Below are positions 19,983 to 29,781 of a stretch of 64,000 nucleotides of DNA, piece after piece. The position numbers were made by a program, and so were the translations under genes. A model generated the notes under the pieces. The model worked only from the letters and a program-made list of their open reading frames with translations. It did not search any database and had not been told where the DNA came from. Source of the DNA: a bacterium (GTDB taxonomy: Bacteria; Zhuqueibacterota; Zhuqueibacteria; Residuimicrobiales; Krinioviventaceae); assembly GCA_963693055.1 (NCBI GenBank), contig OY843751.1, positions 2,272,001 to 2,336,000 on the forward strand, written 5' to 3'. The stretch's first letter is position 1; every line of letters begins with the position of its first letter.

Positions 19983-21449
19983 TTATCTTACATCATAACG
20001 ATTAAAAGCAATAAAAGCCCCGCTTATACATAATGATGTGTATAATAGCAGAACCATAATCTGCTTTAATGCCGGGAAAAGAATTACTGACAACCTTGAT
20101 TTTTCAGGATTATATTCCGGTACTCCGCTAATGTCCAGACTGGTGTTTCGGCCCATTTCCAGTTTGAATCCCGCTTCAGAATCTATGGTAACACGCAATC
20201 CGGATATACCGGTTTCTGATTTTTCTTTTTCATCTAAATACTGATTTAGTATGTTTTTATAGTCCTGCATGTTTTGTTCTGTACGTGATTTGAGATGTAT
20301 ATCTGTCTCTGCAATGTTGAGCATTAATAGTTCAAATGCTGCTGCCGGAGATAGTTGAGCCAGCAAAAATGCCAATCGTTCCTGTTCTTTTTTTTGATTA
20401 TAATATAGATTATATTGCGCAGTAGAATAATCATTGATCTCTTTTTGATAATTTTTGCGTAGAGCATCTTCCTGTTCAACCCATTCCCACATATGGTCAT
20501 CCTGATATATTTCACGTTCAGATCGGTCCATATTGATCATTTCAAGATTACGAGCGTTCCACATTTGTTCGAGCTCTTTTGTAAAGCTGTCCCAGCGTTG
20601 TTTCGAATAACCTTCTGTTTGAGCATCAATTTCTGCAACAGATGGTACTGGTTTTATCTTGCCTGCAGCCATTACACCTATACCGGGTACAATTAATACC
20701 AAAGTTATCCAAATGATTAACAAGAGTAAAAATGAAGTTGAAGATTTTTGAGTAATAGAGGAAACAAACAAGCCCATTGAAATAAAGAATATAAAATAAA
20801 TCATGGTACTCAGTATCATGATAACAATTAAAAGCCATCTGGTCCCATTTAGTTGAATGTTGAATGCTGAAATCAGCAATAAACTGATCAAGATAGACAA
20901 AATTACGGGCAATAACAGGCCGCTACAGATTCCTGAAAATTTTGCTGCAATATATATTTTTCTGGGAACAGCGTTTGCAAAAGTCAATCGTAAGGTACCA
21001 TTCTCTTTTTCACCGCTGATTGCGTCAAAAGAGAATAGTATGGCGAAAAGAGACAAAACAATGAGTACAAATCCTTTAAAATCCAGGTGTCTGAATACGG
21101 CAAAAATCGGTTCATCGGAATATGTACTATGTTCAAGTTTGATTTGAGTTGTACGATCAATGGAACTGTACCTGCCAATATCATTGGTGATTCCGGTTGT
21201 AAATATTTTTAAAGGGTCGGGTTTTCGGTATAGTGTGCGCTTGAAATGAGACCAGGAGCTCAAGCTGTTCATTTCTTCCATTGATAATTGTTCCCCTGCA
21301 TTAAAAGTTTGTAATGCAGATTGGTAATCCAGTATTCCAAGATATATTGCCAGCATTAATAATACGATTGTTATTAAAAAGGTGAAAATAAATTTGGGTC
21401 CTGTTACGATTGCTTTAAATTCTTTGATAAATATTGTTTTAAACATCAT
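19983..21449 (-). CDS. ABC-2 type permease (ABC2_membrane_2/COG1277-like) with large extracytoplasmic loops
   Basis: 'IFIKEF', 'FDAISGEKENGTLRLTFANAVPR..YIAAKF', C-terminal 'FNRYDVR'. Confidence 0.85.
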   Translation of the reverse strand: MMFKTIFIKEFKAIVTGPKFIFTFLITIVLLMLAIYLGILDYQSALQTFNAGEQLSMEEMNSLSSWSHFKRTLYRKPDPLKIFTTGITNDIGRYSSIDRTTQIKLEHSTYSDEPIFAVFRHLDFKGFVLIVLSLFAILFSFDAISGEKENGTLRLTFANAVPRKIYIAAKFSGICSGLLLPVILSILISLLLISAFNIQLNGTRWLLIVIMILSTMIYFIFFISMGLFVSSITQKSSTSFLLLLIIWITLVLIVPGIGVMAAGKIKPVPSVAEIDAQTEGYSKQRWDSFTKELEQMWNARNLEMINMDRSEREIYQDDHMWEWVEQEDALRKNYQKEINDYSTAQYNLYYNQKKEQERLAFLLAQLSPAAAFELLMLNIAETDIHLKSRTEQNMQDYKNILNQYLDEKEKSETGISGLRVTIDSEAGFKLEMGRNTSLDISGVPEYNPEKSRLSVILFPALKQIMVLLLYTSLCISGAFIAFNRYDVR

Positions 21450-21461
21450 GTCCTCAGTAGT

Positions 21462-22877
21462 TTATCTGACGTCGTACTTTAAAAATGCAATCAAGGCACC
21501 GGTAAAACAGAGTGCATTGAGTACCAATAGTATAGACAGGTTTACAATATAGTATTTAATTTTTTTACTAATGGAAATCGGTTTATATACAAACCCGGGC
21601 AGTTCATTAATATCAATGGGTGGGGGCTGGTTTTCTCCATCATCATTGATTTTCATCATAACAGTTCCCTGGTCAAGCAATATCCCTGTTTTTTCTTTCA
21701 TGAACTGTTGATATACTGTTTGATATCCCTGAACATTTTTGATAAAATTTTCATCCAGATCTATTGATGTACCTGAAATAGTTGAACTCGCTAAACCGAA
21801 TAGAGCTGCCGGAGAAATTTTAGCTATACCCAGAGCTACCTTTTTTTGAATGCTTTTTTTATTTTGCCTGTCTTCGTTCAATCTACCTGCAAAATCCATC
21901 ATTTTTTCATTTCTTTTATCTCCAAGATCTTGCATGAATTCCTGAAACTCCTGAATCATCTTTTCAGGATCTCTGGTGTTTATGGGGTTAAATTGAGCCA
22001 TTTTTTTGCGATCTTCCTGCAGCAATTGAGACCTCAGTCTGCTCTTTTGATAATCCAGGTAATCTATAGAGGGTACATTAACAGCTTTACCGGCAACGAG
22101 AACTGAAGCATTAGGTATGACAAACACAAACAGTAACCATAATATGAGCATGGATAAAAAAGATAGAGAGGGCTTGGGTATTACTATGGATGAAAGAAAT
22201 GATAACAATTGGAAAAAATTGAAATACACCAATCCGGCCAGTATAACCAGTAAGAGTTGTATCCATTCGGATAAAGAAAGTTCAATACCCATAAAAATTA
22301 GTATCAGACAACCTAGTAATAATGGAAGCATTAATGGCAATGCAATTGCAAGAAAGGAACCGGTAATTTTGCCAATAATGTATTTATCTTTGGGTACAGG
22401 ATTTGAAAAGGTCAACCTTAAAGTGCCTTGTTGTTTTTCTCCATTAACAGCATCATAGGTAAATAATATGGCAAATATGGATAAAATAATCTGGAAAATA
22501 TATGTAAGATCCAAAAATCTGAATACAGCGAATAAAGGATCATTACTATAACGACTGTCTGAGGATGTCAATTCACCCTGGCTATAAATCTCAGATGTAC
22601 GCCCAATGTCGTTTGATACCCCGGTTATTATGGATTCAAGAGGAGAGGGCGGTAAAAAAACATGGTGACCTGTTACCTGCAGCCAGTCAGTTAAACCGCT
22701 AAACTGTCTCAGGTTTTCAGCTTTTGCAGCATTATATTTATCCAGATTTATTTCATAGTTGGCTGCCCCTATATAAAAGGAAACAAGAATCAATATTGAG
22801 CAAACTGCAAATGTCCATACGAATTTTCGTGTTTGTAAATGCTCCAACAGTTCTTTATAAATAATTGTTTTAATCAT
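21462..22877 (-). CDS. ABC-2 type permease, paralogue of the neighbouring gene
   Basis: 'IIYKEL', 'YDAVNGEKQQGTLRLTFSNPVPK..YIIGK', C-terminal 'FLKYDVR'. Confidence 0.85.
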   Translation of the reverse strand: MIKTIIYKELLEHLQTRKFVWTFAVCSILILVSFYIGAANYEINLDKYNAAKAENLRQFSGLTDWLQVTGHHVFLPPSPLESIITGVSNDIGRTSEIYSQGELTSSDSRYSNDPLFAVFRFLDLTYIFQIILSIFAILFTYDAVNGEKQQGTLRLTFSNPVPKDKYIIGKITGSFLAIALPLMLPLLLGCLILIFMGIELSLSEWIQLLLVILAGLVYFNFFQLLSFLSSIVIPKPSLSFLSMLILWLLFVFVIPNASVLVAGKAVNVPSIDYLDYQKSRLRSQLLQEDRKKMAQFNPINTRDPEKMIQEFQEFMQDLGDKRNEKMMDFAGRLNEDRQNKKSIQKKVALGIAKISPAALFGLASSTISGTSIDLDENFIKNVQGYQTVYQQFMKEKTGILLDQGTVMMKINDDGENQPPPIDINELPGFVYKPISISKKIKYYIVNLSILLVLNALCFTGALIAFLKYDVR

Positions 22878-23630
22878 CTAATTCTCCCGTACCTGCTTGT
22901 TCTCTGAAAGAATGTATTGTAAATAGAGCTGCTCAAGGTCCTGTTGTTGAAGTCCTTTTTTTGATTGTTCCATTACAATTTTACCCTTGCTCATGATACC
23001 AACCATGTCTGCCATTTGTTTAGCTCTGAAAATATCATGTGTGGAAATCAGGATCGCTTTGCCTTCATCTTTTAATTCCAATAACAGGTCGGTAAAATCA
23101 TGACCTGCTTTGGGATCCAGTCCGGATGTGGGTTCGTCCAATACAATAGCCGGTGCGTTTTTAAGAATGGCGATAGCAATTCCACATTTTTGACGCATAC
23201 CCTTGGAATAGTCCCCCAGTTTACGATTGTGGCTGAATTTTTCCAAACCAACCCTTTCCAACGCTTCATGGTAATCTGATTTGGTATAGTAATTATGTCC
23301 TCCGAGTTTTGAAAAATATTCCAGGTTTTGTATTGCACTGAAATTGGGATACAACATGACATTTTCTGAAACATATGCCAGTTTTTCTCTGGCCTGTAAT
23401 GGATTTACATGAGTTTCTATTCCATCTACAAGCGCTCTACCATTTGTTGGTTCAATAAAATTTAAAAATATATTTATTGTTGTTGATTTTCCTGCACCGT
23501 TTGCTCCCAGCATGGCATAAATTTGTCCTGGATATATTTTAAATGATACCTGATCAAGCGCAAGCACATCTTGATCATAGGATTTTGTTAATGAATCTGC
23601 TTCCAAAAGAGGGGTGTTTATATTTTCCAT
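22878..23630 (-). CDS. ABC transporter ATP-binding protein
   Basis: Walker A GANGAGKS, signature 'YSKGMRQK', Walker B 'IVLDEPTSGLDP', H-loop 'STH'. Confidence 0.95.
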   Translation of the reverse strand: MENINTPLLEADSLTKSYDQDVLALDQVSFKIYPGQIYAMLGANGAGKSTTINIFLNFIEPTNGRALVDGIETHVNPLQAREKLAYVSENVMLYPNFSAIQNLEYFSKLGGHNYYTKSDYHEALERVGLEKFSHNRKLGDYSKGMRQKCGIAIAILKNAPAIVLDEPTSGLDPKAGHDFTDLLLELKDEGKAILISTHDIFRAKQMADMVGIMSKGKIVMEQSKKGLQQQDLEQLYLQYILSENKQVREN

Positions 23631-23645
23631 AGTTTACCTCATTAT

Positions 23646-25136
23646 TTATCTTCGTGAAAGGCGAATACCATAATAGATAATAACCGAGATGATTATCAGT
23701 ATAAACAGGATGATGATTAAAGAACCTGCTGTATTTGATTTCGCTTCTACCTGTACAATAACGGTTTTCTCTTCGCCATATACAGGACGGTTGTCAGATA
23801 AGGACGTGGATTTAATCCTGAATTCATAACGTCCTGTACTAATGTCCTGCGGTGGCGTTAGAGTGATTAGTGTCTGTTTTTCTTTACCAATTTCCAGAGA
23901 TGGCGTCAATTCTGGGTCTATATGTTTTTCCCATTTCATGGGTGTATCAGCTTCAACTTTGATATTATCAAGACGACGTGAACCTTCATTGATCAGTTCT
24001 ATATTAAATGAAACCTGTTCGTTGGGACGAATGGAGAAATAGAGCATGGGCGCACGCACCAGGAGCTTACCCACCCCGCGGGGTACCAGTTCTAAACGAA
24101 CATAGCCAATGTTCAGTGTATCCAGTTCTTTATCACTCCAGATTTTTTCAGAATTATTAAATTCACTAATCAGGTTACGAGGTACTGCAAGCACATAAAA
24201 GGGGATTGCCTGATCAATAGCAATTTCATCTGATGGACGGTCAGGCATAAAGACCTGTAATGCTGCTTGCCGGGTATTTGTACTTTCGGTAAATTTGAAC
24301 TGGCTTAATCTAGCCTGGCTTGCAGGATCCATGAAATAATGGTTAATCTGTTTTGGCAGATTTACTACCAAAAGTTTAAACGTATTGTTAACCGCACTGA
24401 ACAATTCCAGGGTCAGATCGAGAGATGCTGACTCGCCAAGTTCAACTTCTTGAGAGAATTGCTCTGATTGAACAATGACCTTGTTTTCGGATTCATCTTT
24501 TTGTAAAAAGATTTTAGGACTTCGCTGGCTCCCGTTACTGTACAAGAGGTTTACAGTAACCGCATCTACATCCTGAAGTAAGCCAAAGTCCAGTGTAATG
24601 GGTTTACCGTAAAAAAGTTGTTCAATTTTAGCTTCATAAGGTTGACTGATGATGGCATTGTCGTCATTCAAGAGTGAAACATAAACGTCATGTACCGTTT
24701 CCGGTTGCAGTGCATTATAAAGATCATCATCAATATTTAGCAGTTTTTTAAACTCGGCTGTACCTCCAGATGTATTTGCCAATGTGATTTTGACTCGTTT
24801 TTGTCCGGTTTTGGATTGATACTTTACTGCATTTTTTACACCTACATACTGATTTTCAAACAGGACGGCCAACAGGGATTGCTGATAATTAACTTCAGCA
24901 TCTGTCATCATGTTTCTTGCATTGTCCATTTCCTGTTGCGATGTAAGCCCATTGTCAAACATGTCTTTGATTCTCTCGAACCGTTTTTTTGACATGTCAT
25001 ATGCTTCCTTGGCCCGTTTTAATCCTAACAGCGTATATTGATCATCCCGTTGATTAAAATATGTTCCGGTTTGACTGAACGCGAGCGAGTACAGGATAAA
25101 GACGATTGAAAAGTATTTTAATAGCTGATTCTGCAT
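23646..25136 (-). CDS. Exported, C-terminally anchored protein with N-terminal helical hairpin and NEW3 (COG1470-like) Ig domain
   Basis: Signal peptide; HlyD/TolC-like hairpin 'KKRFERIKDMFDNGLTSQQEMDNA'; NEW3-like 'LINEGSRRLDNI..TP..W...SLEIG....LTPP.D...GRY'; C-terminal TM plus RLSRR. Confidence 0.7.
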   Translation of the reverse strand: MQNQLLKYFSIVFILYSLAFSQTGTYFNQRDDQYTLLGLKRAKEAYDMSKKRFERIKDMFDNGLTSQQEMDNARNMMTDAEVNYQQSLLAVLFENQYVGVKNAVKYQSKTGQKRVKITLANTSGGTAEFKKLLNIDDDLYNALQPETVHDVYVSLLNDDNAIISQPYEAKIEQLFYGKPITLDFGLLQDVDAVTVNLLYSNGSQRSPKIFLQKDESENKVIVQSEQFSQEVELGESASLDLTLELFSAVNNTFKLLVVNLPKQINHYFMDPASQARLSQFKFTESTNTRQAALQVFMPDRPSDEIAIDQAIPFYVLAVPRNLISEFNNSEKIWSDKELDTLNIGYVRLELVPRGVGKLLVRAPMLYFSIRPNEQVSFNIELINEGSRRLDNIKVEADTPMKWEKHIDPELTPSLEIGKEKQTLITLTPPQDISTGRYEFRIKSTSLSDNRPVYGEEKTVIVQVEAKSNTAGSLIIILFILIIISVIIYYGIRLSRR

Positions 25137-25147
25137 TGAACATCTCG

Positions 25148-25909
25148 TTATTTTTTGATAATGATATTGTCTTTGATTTCCGGTTTAATAAAAGTGACCT
25201 TAACAGTTTTATCTTTATTTTTAAATAATAAAGTGGTTTTCTCTCCAATTTTTATTTTAGAATAGAGTGCGTCAAAATCCATCTTGTTGTTAACAGGATT
25301 ATCATTAATGGACAGCAATTGACTGCCGGGTTCTATCTTTGTTTTACCAAGAATAGTATGCGCATGTGGCAGAACATCAAATACTGTCAGGGTATTGTTG
25401 TTTTCTTCCAATACCAGTCCTTCTCCTGCAAGGATAATGAGATTTTCTGCACCCTTGAGTACAACTTGTTCATCATCGCTCATATCATCATCAGGCATTT
25501 TATCTTGAATTATCATCACGCGTTTTCCATCCTGGGCCTCTAAATCCATTTTTTTGAATGCAATCATGAGCATTTGTCCATCTCGTTGTATTCCCATTTT
25601 TACATCTGATCCCGGATCCAGTGAATCATAAAGTTTATTAACATCATATGCACTTTTTACTCTTTTTTTGTTTACCATCAATATTGTATCAGCCTCTTGA
25701 AGTTCGATTTCACGATATGCTTCAGGGCGGGTTTCTTCCGGTAATAGATTTGCAATTTTGACAATGTTGTTCTCACCTGATAGCACCATCCCTAATTCTG
25801 ATATTATAAAAATATCATCACCGCTAATTTCAATCTTTTTCATATGTACCTGAGCAAATGCGGTAGTAAATAGCAACAGAATAAACAGAGATTCAATTGT
25901 TCTTTTCAT
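25148..25909 (-). CDS. Periplasmic tandem-PDZ domain protein without a protease domain
   Basis: Signal peptide; PDZ-like 'LGMVL..LQEADTILMVNKKRV..VKMGIQRDGQ' and 'GLVL..IEPGSQLLSINDNPV..IKIGEK'. Confidence 0.72.
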   Translation of the reverse strand: MKRTIESLFILLLFTTAFAQVHMKKIEISGDDIFIISELGMVLSGENNIVKIANLLPEETRPEAYREIELQEADTILMVNKKRVKSAYDVNKLYDSLDPGSDVKMGIQRDGQMLMIAFKKMDLEAQDGKRVMIIQDKMPDDDMSDDEQVVLKGAENLIILAGEGLVLEENNNTLTVFDVLPHAHTILGKTKIEPGSQLLSINDNPVNNKMDFDALYSKIKIGEKTTLLFKNKDKTVKVTFIKPEIKDNIIIKK

Positions 25910-25970
25910 TTTTTCTCCAATCTTTTCTTATATTTTGTACGCTAAATATAAGTAATTGTTTTTATTGACT

Positions 25971-26010
25971 ATAGTTAAATAGTGTTATAAAGTGTTAAAA
26001 AGTGTTAAAA
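25971..26010. promoter_or_regulatory. Four tandem 10-bp direct repeats, likely an OmpR-family response regulator binding array
   Basis: ATAGTTAAAT AGTGTTATAA AGTGTTAAAA AGTGTTAAAA in the divergent intergenic region. Confidence 0.7.
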
Positions 26011-26048
26011 TTCGTGTTTTTTTGATCAATTTGTGTTATGTTTAACTC

Positions 26049-27689
26049 ATGAATAATAAGCATATACAAATTGGGATCTTTGCTCTCATCATACTGTCTT
26101 TTATTGGATTGGCTGGATTACAGCTTTATTTGTACAATCATAATAAAGATCTGGAAAAGCAGTCTTTTGATAACATTGTGGAAAATACACTCGGTCAAAT
26201 TGTAAAAAAGATAGAAGCTTTGGATATAGCTGGTAATATAATTCAAATGACACATAACGATTCAACATATCACAAAATTATCCAAATCGATTCCTGTGAT
26301 ACCATGATTACCCGCATTCAACAGATGAATGGTGTGGTAGATACAACAGTAAAGATGCACATTGTATCCGCATACGATTCAATTGATACCCTTGTTGATC
26401 CCCAGGGAGGGAATGCTGCAAGTGCATTTGTTTATAAATTTGAAAAATCCATTTTAGACAGCACAATGATTCTAGACCATGACAGTATGAACGTAATGAT
26501 AAAAATTGCGTCGGATGGGAATGATAGCCATATCAATGCGAATGTGGATCTGACTGATCGCAAGTTAATGATTGAAAAAGTTGTGAATGATTTGACTCTT
26601 TTAAGATCCAAACCAGTTATGCAAAGAATACAACCTGCTGTTCTGGATTCAATAATAACAATTACGTTGACTCAAAATGCGCTTGATCTCAATTATTCAT
26701 TCGCCATATTAGATACCCGAATCGATTCTCTGTTATATACCAGTCCTGGTTATCAATCCAATTATATAACCCGTGCATATAAAAAACAGCTTTTCCCCAA
26801 TGATCTGTTACCTGTTCCTGTGCAGTTGTGTGTGTATTTCCCAACCCAGGGTTCTTTTTTATTCAAGCGTTCTGGCACATGGATACTATTAACATTGTTT
26901 TTTATTCTTGTACTTGTATCCAGTTTTGTTTATTTGTCTGGTCTACTATTGAGGCAGAAACAATTTTTTAATCATATTGTTAATTTTATAAACAATATGA
27001 CTCACGAGTTTAAAACTCCCGTCTCAACGCTGTCATTGGTTGGAGAAGCGCTAAAAAGCCCGGATATTATTGGTAATCATGAAAAATTATTGCGCTACAG
27101 TCAGGTTATTGATGATGAAACAATACGCATGCGAAACCAGGTTGAAAAAATATTGCAAATGGCAGCTTTGGAAAGTGGTCAGGTTGAGTTAAGTAATGAG
27201 AGTGTATCTGTTCATCTATTATTGATAAAGTTGATGAAAAGGTACCAATTCTTGCAGGAGAAAGGCAAGCTGACTTGTCAAATTAAACTAGATGCAATTC
27301 GTGAAATTGTACTTGCAGATCCTGTTCATTTAATGAATGTTTTTGATAATCTGGTAGATAATGCCATCAAATACAATCTCAATACTCCCAATATTCTTGT
27401 TACCACACAAAATGATCAAAGTAGAATTGTTATAATATTTCAGGACAATGGAATTGGAATTTCTGCTCAAGATCAAAAGTTGATTTTTAATACCTATTAC
27501 CGTGTACCAACTGGCAACGTACATGATGTTAAGGGATTTGGATTGGGATTGAGTTATGTAAAGCGTATTGTAGAATTGCTACACGGTGAGATAGATGTCA
27601 AGAGTCAGATAGGCAAAGGCTCTCTTTTTCAAATCTTTTTGCCATTACAGTCAGATAAAATACCGGAAAGATATGACAAAAAAGATTAA
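26049..27689 (+). CDS. Sensor histidine kinase (RprX-like)
   Basis: Two TMs; H-box 'FINNMTHEFKTPV'; N-box 'NLVDNAIKY'; G1 'DNGIGI'; 'GNVHDVKGFGLGLSYVK'. Confidence 0.95.
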   Translation: MNNKHIQIGIFALIILSFIGLAGLQLYLYNHNKDLEKQSFDNIVENTLGQIVKKIEALDIAGNIIQMTHNDSTYHKIIQIDSCDTMITRIQQMNGVVDTTVKMHIVSAYDSIDTLVDPQGGNAASAFVYKFEKSILDSTMILDHDSMNVMIKIASDGNDSHINANVDLTDRKLMIEKVVNDLTLLRSKPVMQRIQPAVLDSIITITLTQNALDLNYSFAILDTRIDSLLYTSPGYQSNYITRAYKKQLFPNDLLPVPVQLCVYFPTQGSFLFKRSGTWILLTLFFILVLVSSFVYLSGLLLRQKQFFNHIVNFINNMTHEFKTPVSTLSLVGEALKSPDIIGNHEKLLRYSQVIDDETIRMRNQVEKILQMAALESGQVELSNESVSVHLLLIKLMKRYQFLQEKGKLTCQIKLDAIREIVLADPVHLMNVFDNLVDNAIKYNLNTPNILVTTQNDQSRIVIIFQDNGIGISAQDQKLIFNTYYRVPTGNVHDVKGFGLGLSYVKRIVELLHGEIDVKSQIGKGSLFQIFLPLQSDKIPERYDKKD

Positions 27690-28380
27690 AATACTAATTG
27701 TTGAAGATGATCCCAATTTAGGCTTTATATTGCAGGAATCTCTTGAAGCTCAAGGATATGAAATAATACGTTGTGAAAATGGCGCACAAGCGCATGAAGC
27801 TTTTTTCAAGAATACATTTGATCTCTGTCTGGTTGATATTATGCTCCCCAAAATGGATGGATTTAGTTTGGCAAAAGAGATCCGTAATGTTGACAGTAAA
27901 GTCCCAATTATTTTTCTGACTGCAAAATCACTCAAAGAAGACAAAATCGAAGGATTTAAAATTGGTGCAGATGATTATGTTACCAAACCTTTTAGTATGG
28001 AAGAACTACAATTACGGATATCAGCCGTATTACGACGAACGCAAAATATGAGTGACGATTCCAAAGAAACCATTTTCACAATTGGTAAATATACATTTTA
28101 CTATTCTGAACAGATATTGAAATACCGCAGAAAATCTCTCAAACTTACTTTAAAAGAGTCCGAACTTTTATATTTATTATGCAAACATCGCGATAAATAT
28201 CTGGCTCGTGAACTTGCTTTGCAATATATCTGGAATGATGAAAGTTATTTTTCGGGGCGCAGTATGGATGTTTATATTACCAAACTGCGAAAATATCTAC
28301 AGGAAGATGATCGCATTGAAATCCGAAATCTGCATGGTAAAGGATTCAGGCTGATTGTTCCTGATAGCACAACACATTGA
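27673..28380 (+). CDS. OmpR/PhoB-family response regulator (RprY-like)
   Basis: REC 'VEDD..DIMLPKMDG..FLTAK..GADDYVTKPF'; wHTH 'RSMDVYITKLRKYL...HGKGF'. Confidence 0.95.
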   Translation: MTKKIKILIVEDDPNLGFILQESLEAQGYEIIRCENGAQAHEAFFKNTFDLCLVDIMLPKMDGFSLAKEIRNVDSKVPIIFLTAKSLKEDKIEGFKIGADDYVTKPFSMEELQLRISAVLRRTQNMSDDSKETIFTIGKYTFYYSEQILKYRRKSLKLTLKESELLYLLCKHRDKYLARELALQYIWNDESYFSGRSMDVYITKLRKYLQEDDRIEIRNLHGKGFRLIVPDSTTH

Positions 28381-28488
28381 TCAAACTCTGAAAAAAGTTT
28401 CAAAAATTTCATACTCTCCTTGCAAATTGACTCAAAATTTATTAACATATTTTCAACTCATTTTTCAAAAAAATATCAGGGAAATGTA

Positions 28489-29763
28489 ATGAATATTGAT
28501 CCGCATGAATTTGAATTAATCATCAAAAAACTTTATACAAACCCCAGCGATCAGCTGCTACAATACAAGAGATATAACAAGCTTGTAATGGAATATCACG
28601 AAACTTTTACTGAAACGGATATTCATATTTTCAGCACACCGGGCCGGACAGAAGTGGGAGGAAACCATACCGATCATAATAATGGGCGGGTTCTGGCAGC
28701 ATCGGTAAATCTCGATTCTATAGCTGTTGCTGCGTCAAATAATAGTTCAACCGTTACCTTGCATTCAAAAGGTTATGAAAAGCCCTTTATTGTTGATCTG
28801 GCTTCTCTTGATAAAGTGGAAAACGAGTCTGGGACCACCCAGTCTTTGATTCGTGGAATTGCTGCCCGAATACATCAGCTCGGATTTGATATTGGCGGAT
28901 TTAATGCATGCATAACCAGTGATGTGTTACCCGGTTCAGGATTAAGCTCTTCTGCATCTATTGAAGTATTGATTAGCAGCATCTTTAATGCACTTTTTAA
29001 TAATGATGAAATTGCTGCAGATGTTTTGGCGAAAATTGGCCAATGGGCTGAAAATAATTATTTTGACAAACCCTGTGGTTTAATGGACCAGACAGCCTGT
29101 GCGGTTGGAGGTTTTGTTACCATTGACTTTCAAAATCCACAAAAACCTGTTATTGAAAAAGTTGATTTTGATTTCAGCGCCCAAAGCTACAGTTTAATTG
29201 TTGTAGATACAGGTGGTAGTCATGCTGATCTTACAGACGATTACGCAGCAGTACCAGCAGAAATGAAAGCCGCGGCCCGTGAGTTGGGTGTGGGATGCTG
29301 TCGTGAAACAAATCTTGAAACTTTGATCAATAATATTGCAAATATGCGTAACACAGTTGGAGACAGGGCCATTTTACGTGCTTTTCATTTTTTGCAAGAA
29401 AATGAGCGAGTTGTTCATCAGGTGCATGCATTAAAGAATGGTGAATTTCAGAAATTTCTGTCTTTGATTCGTGAATCTGGTAATTCTTCATATAAATGGC
29501 TGCAGAATATTTATACATCCAAATCTCCTGAGCAAGGTGTTGCATTAGCACTTGCATTGACTGAATATTTTATTGGTACGATAGGAGAAGGTGCAAGCCG
29601 AGTTCATGGCGGAGGATTCTCCGGCACTATTCAGGCTTTTTTGCCAAATAATGCTGTTGATAAATATATAAAGCTTATATCTAGTGTATTTGGGCATAAC
29701 AGTGTTTATCCTTTGTCTATACGTCCGTATGGAACAGTGCATTTGGATAATTTTGTTGAATAA
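28489..29763 (+). CDS. galK: Galactokinase (GHMP kinase)
   Basis: 'PGRTEVGGNHTDHNNGRVL', 'PGSGLSSSAS', 'KPCGLMDQ', 'RVHGGGFSG'; ATG at 28489 preferred over TTG at 28420. Confidence 0.85.
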   Translation: MNIDPHEFELIIKKLYTNPSDQLLQYKRYNKLVMEYHETFTETDIHIFSTPGRTEVGGNHTDHNNGRVLAASVNLDSIAVAASNNSSTVTLHSKGYEKPFIVDLASLDKVENESGTTQSLIRGIAARIHQLGFDIGGFNACITSDVLPGSGLSSSASIEVLISSIFNALFNNDEIAADVLAKIGQWAENNYFDKPCGLMDQTACAVGGFVTIDFQNPQKPVIEKVDFDFSAQSYSLIVVDTGGSHADLTDDYAAVPAEMKAAARELGVGCCRETNLETLINNIANMRNTVGDRAILRAFHFLQENERVVHQVHALKNGEFQKFLSLIRESGNSSYKWLQNIYTSKSPEQGVALALALTEYFIGTIGEGASRVHGGGFSGTIQAFLPNNAVDKYIKLISSVFGHNSVYPLSIRPYGTVHLDNFVE

Positions 29764-29781
29764 TACAAAGGAAATGTAGGG

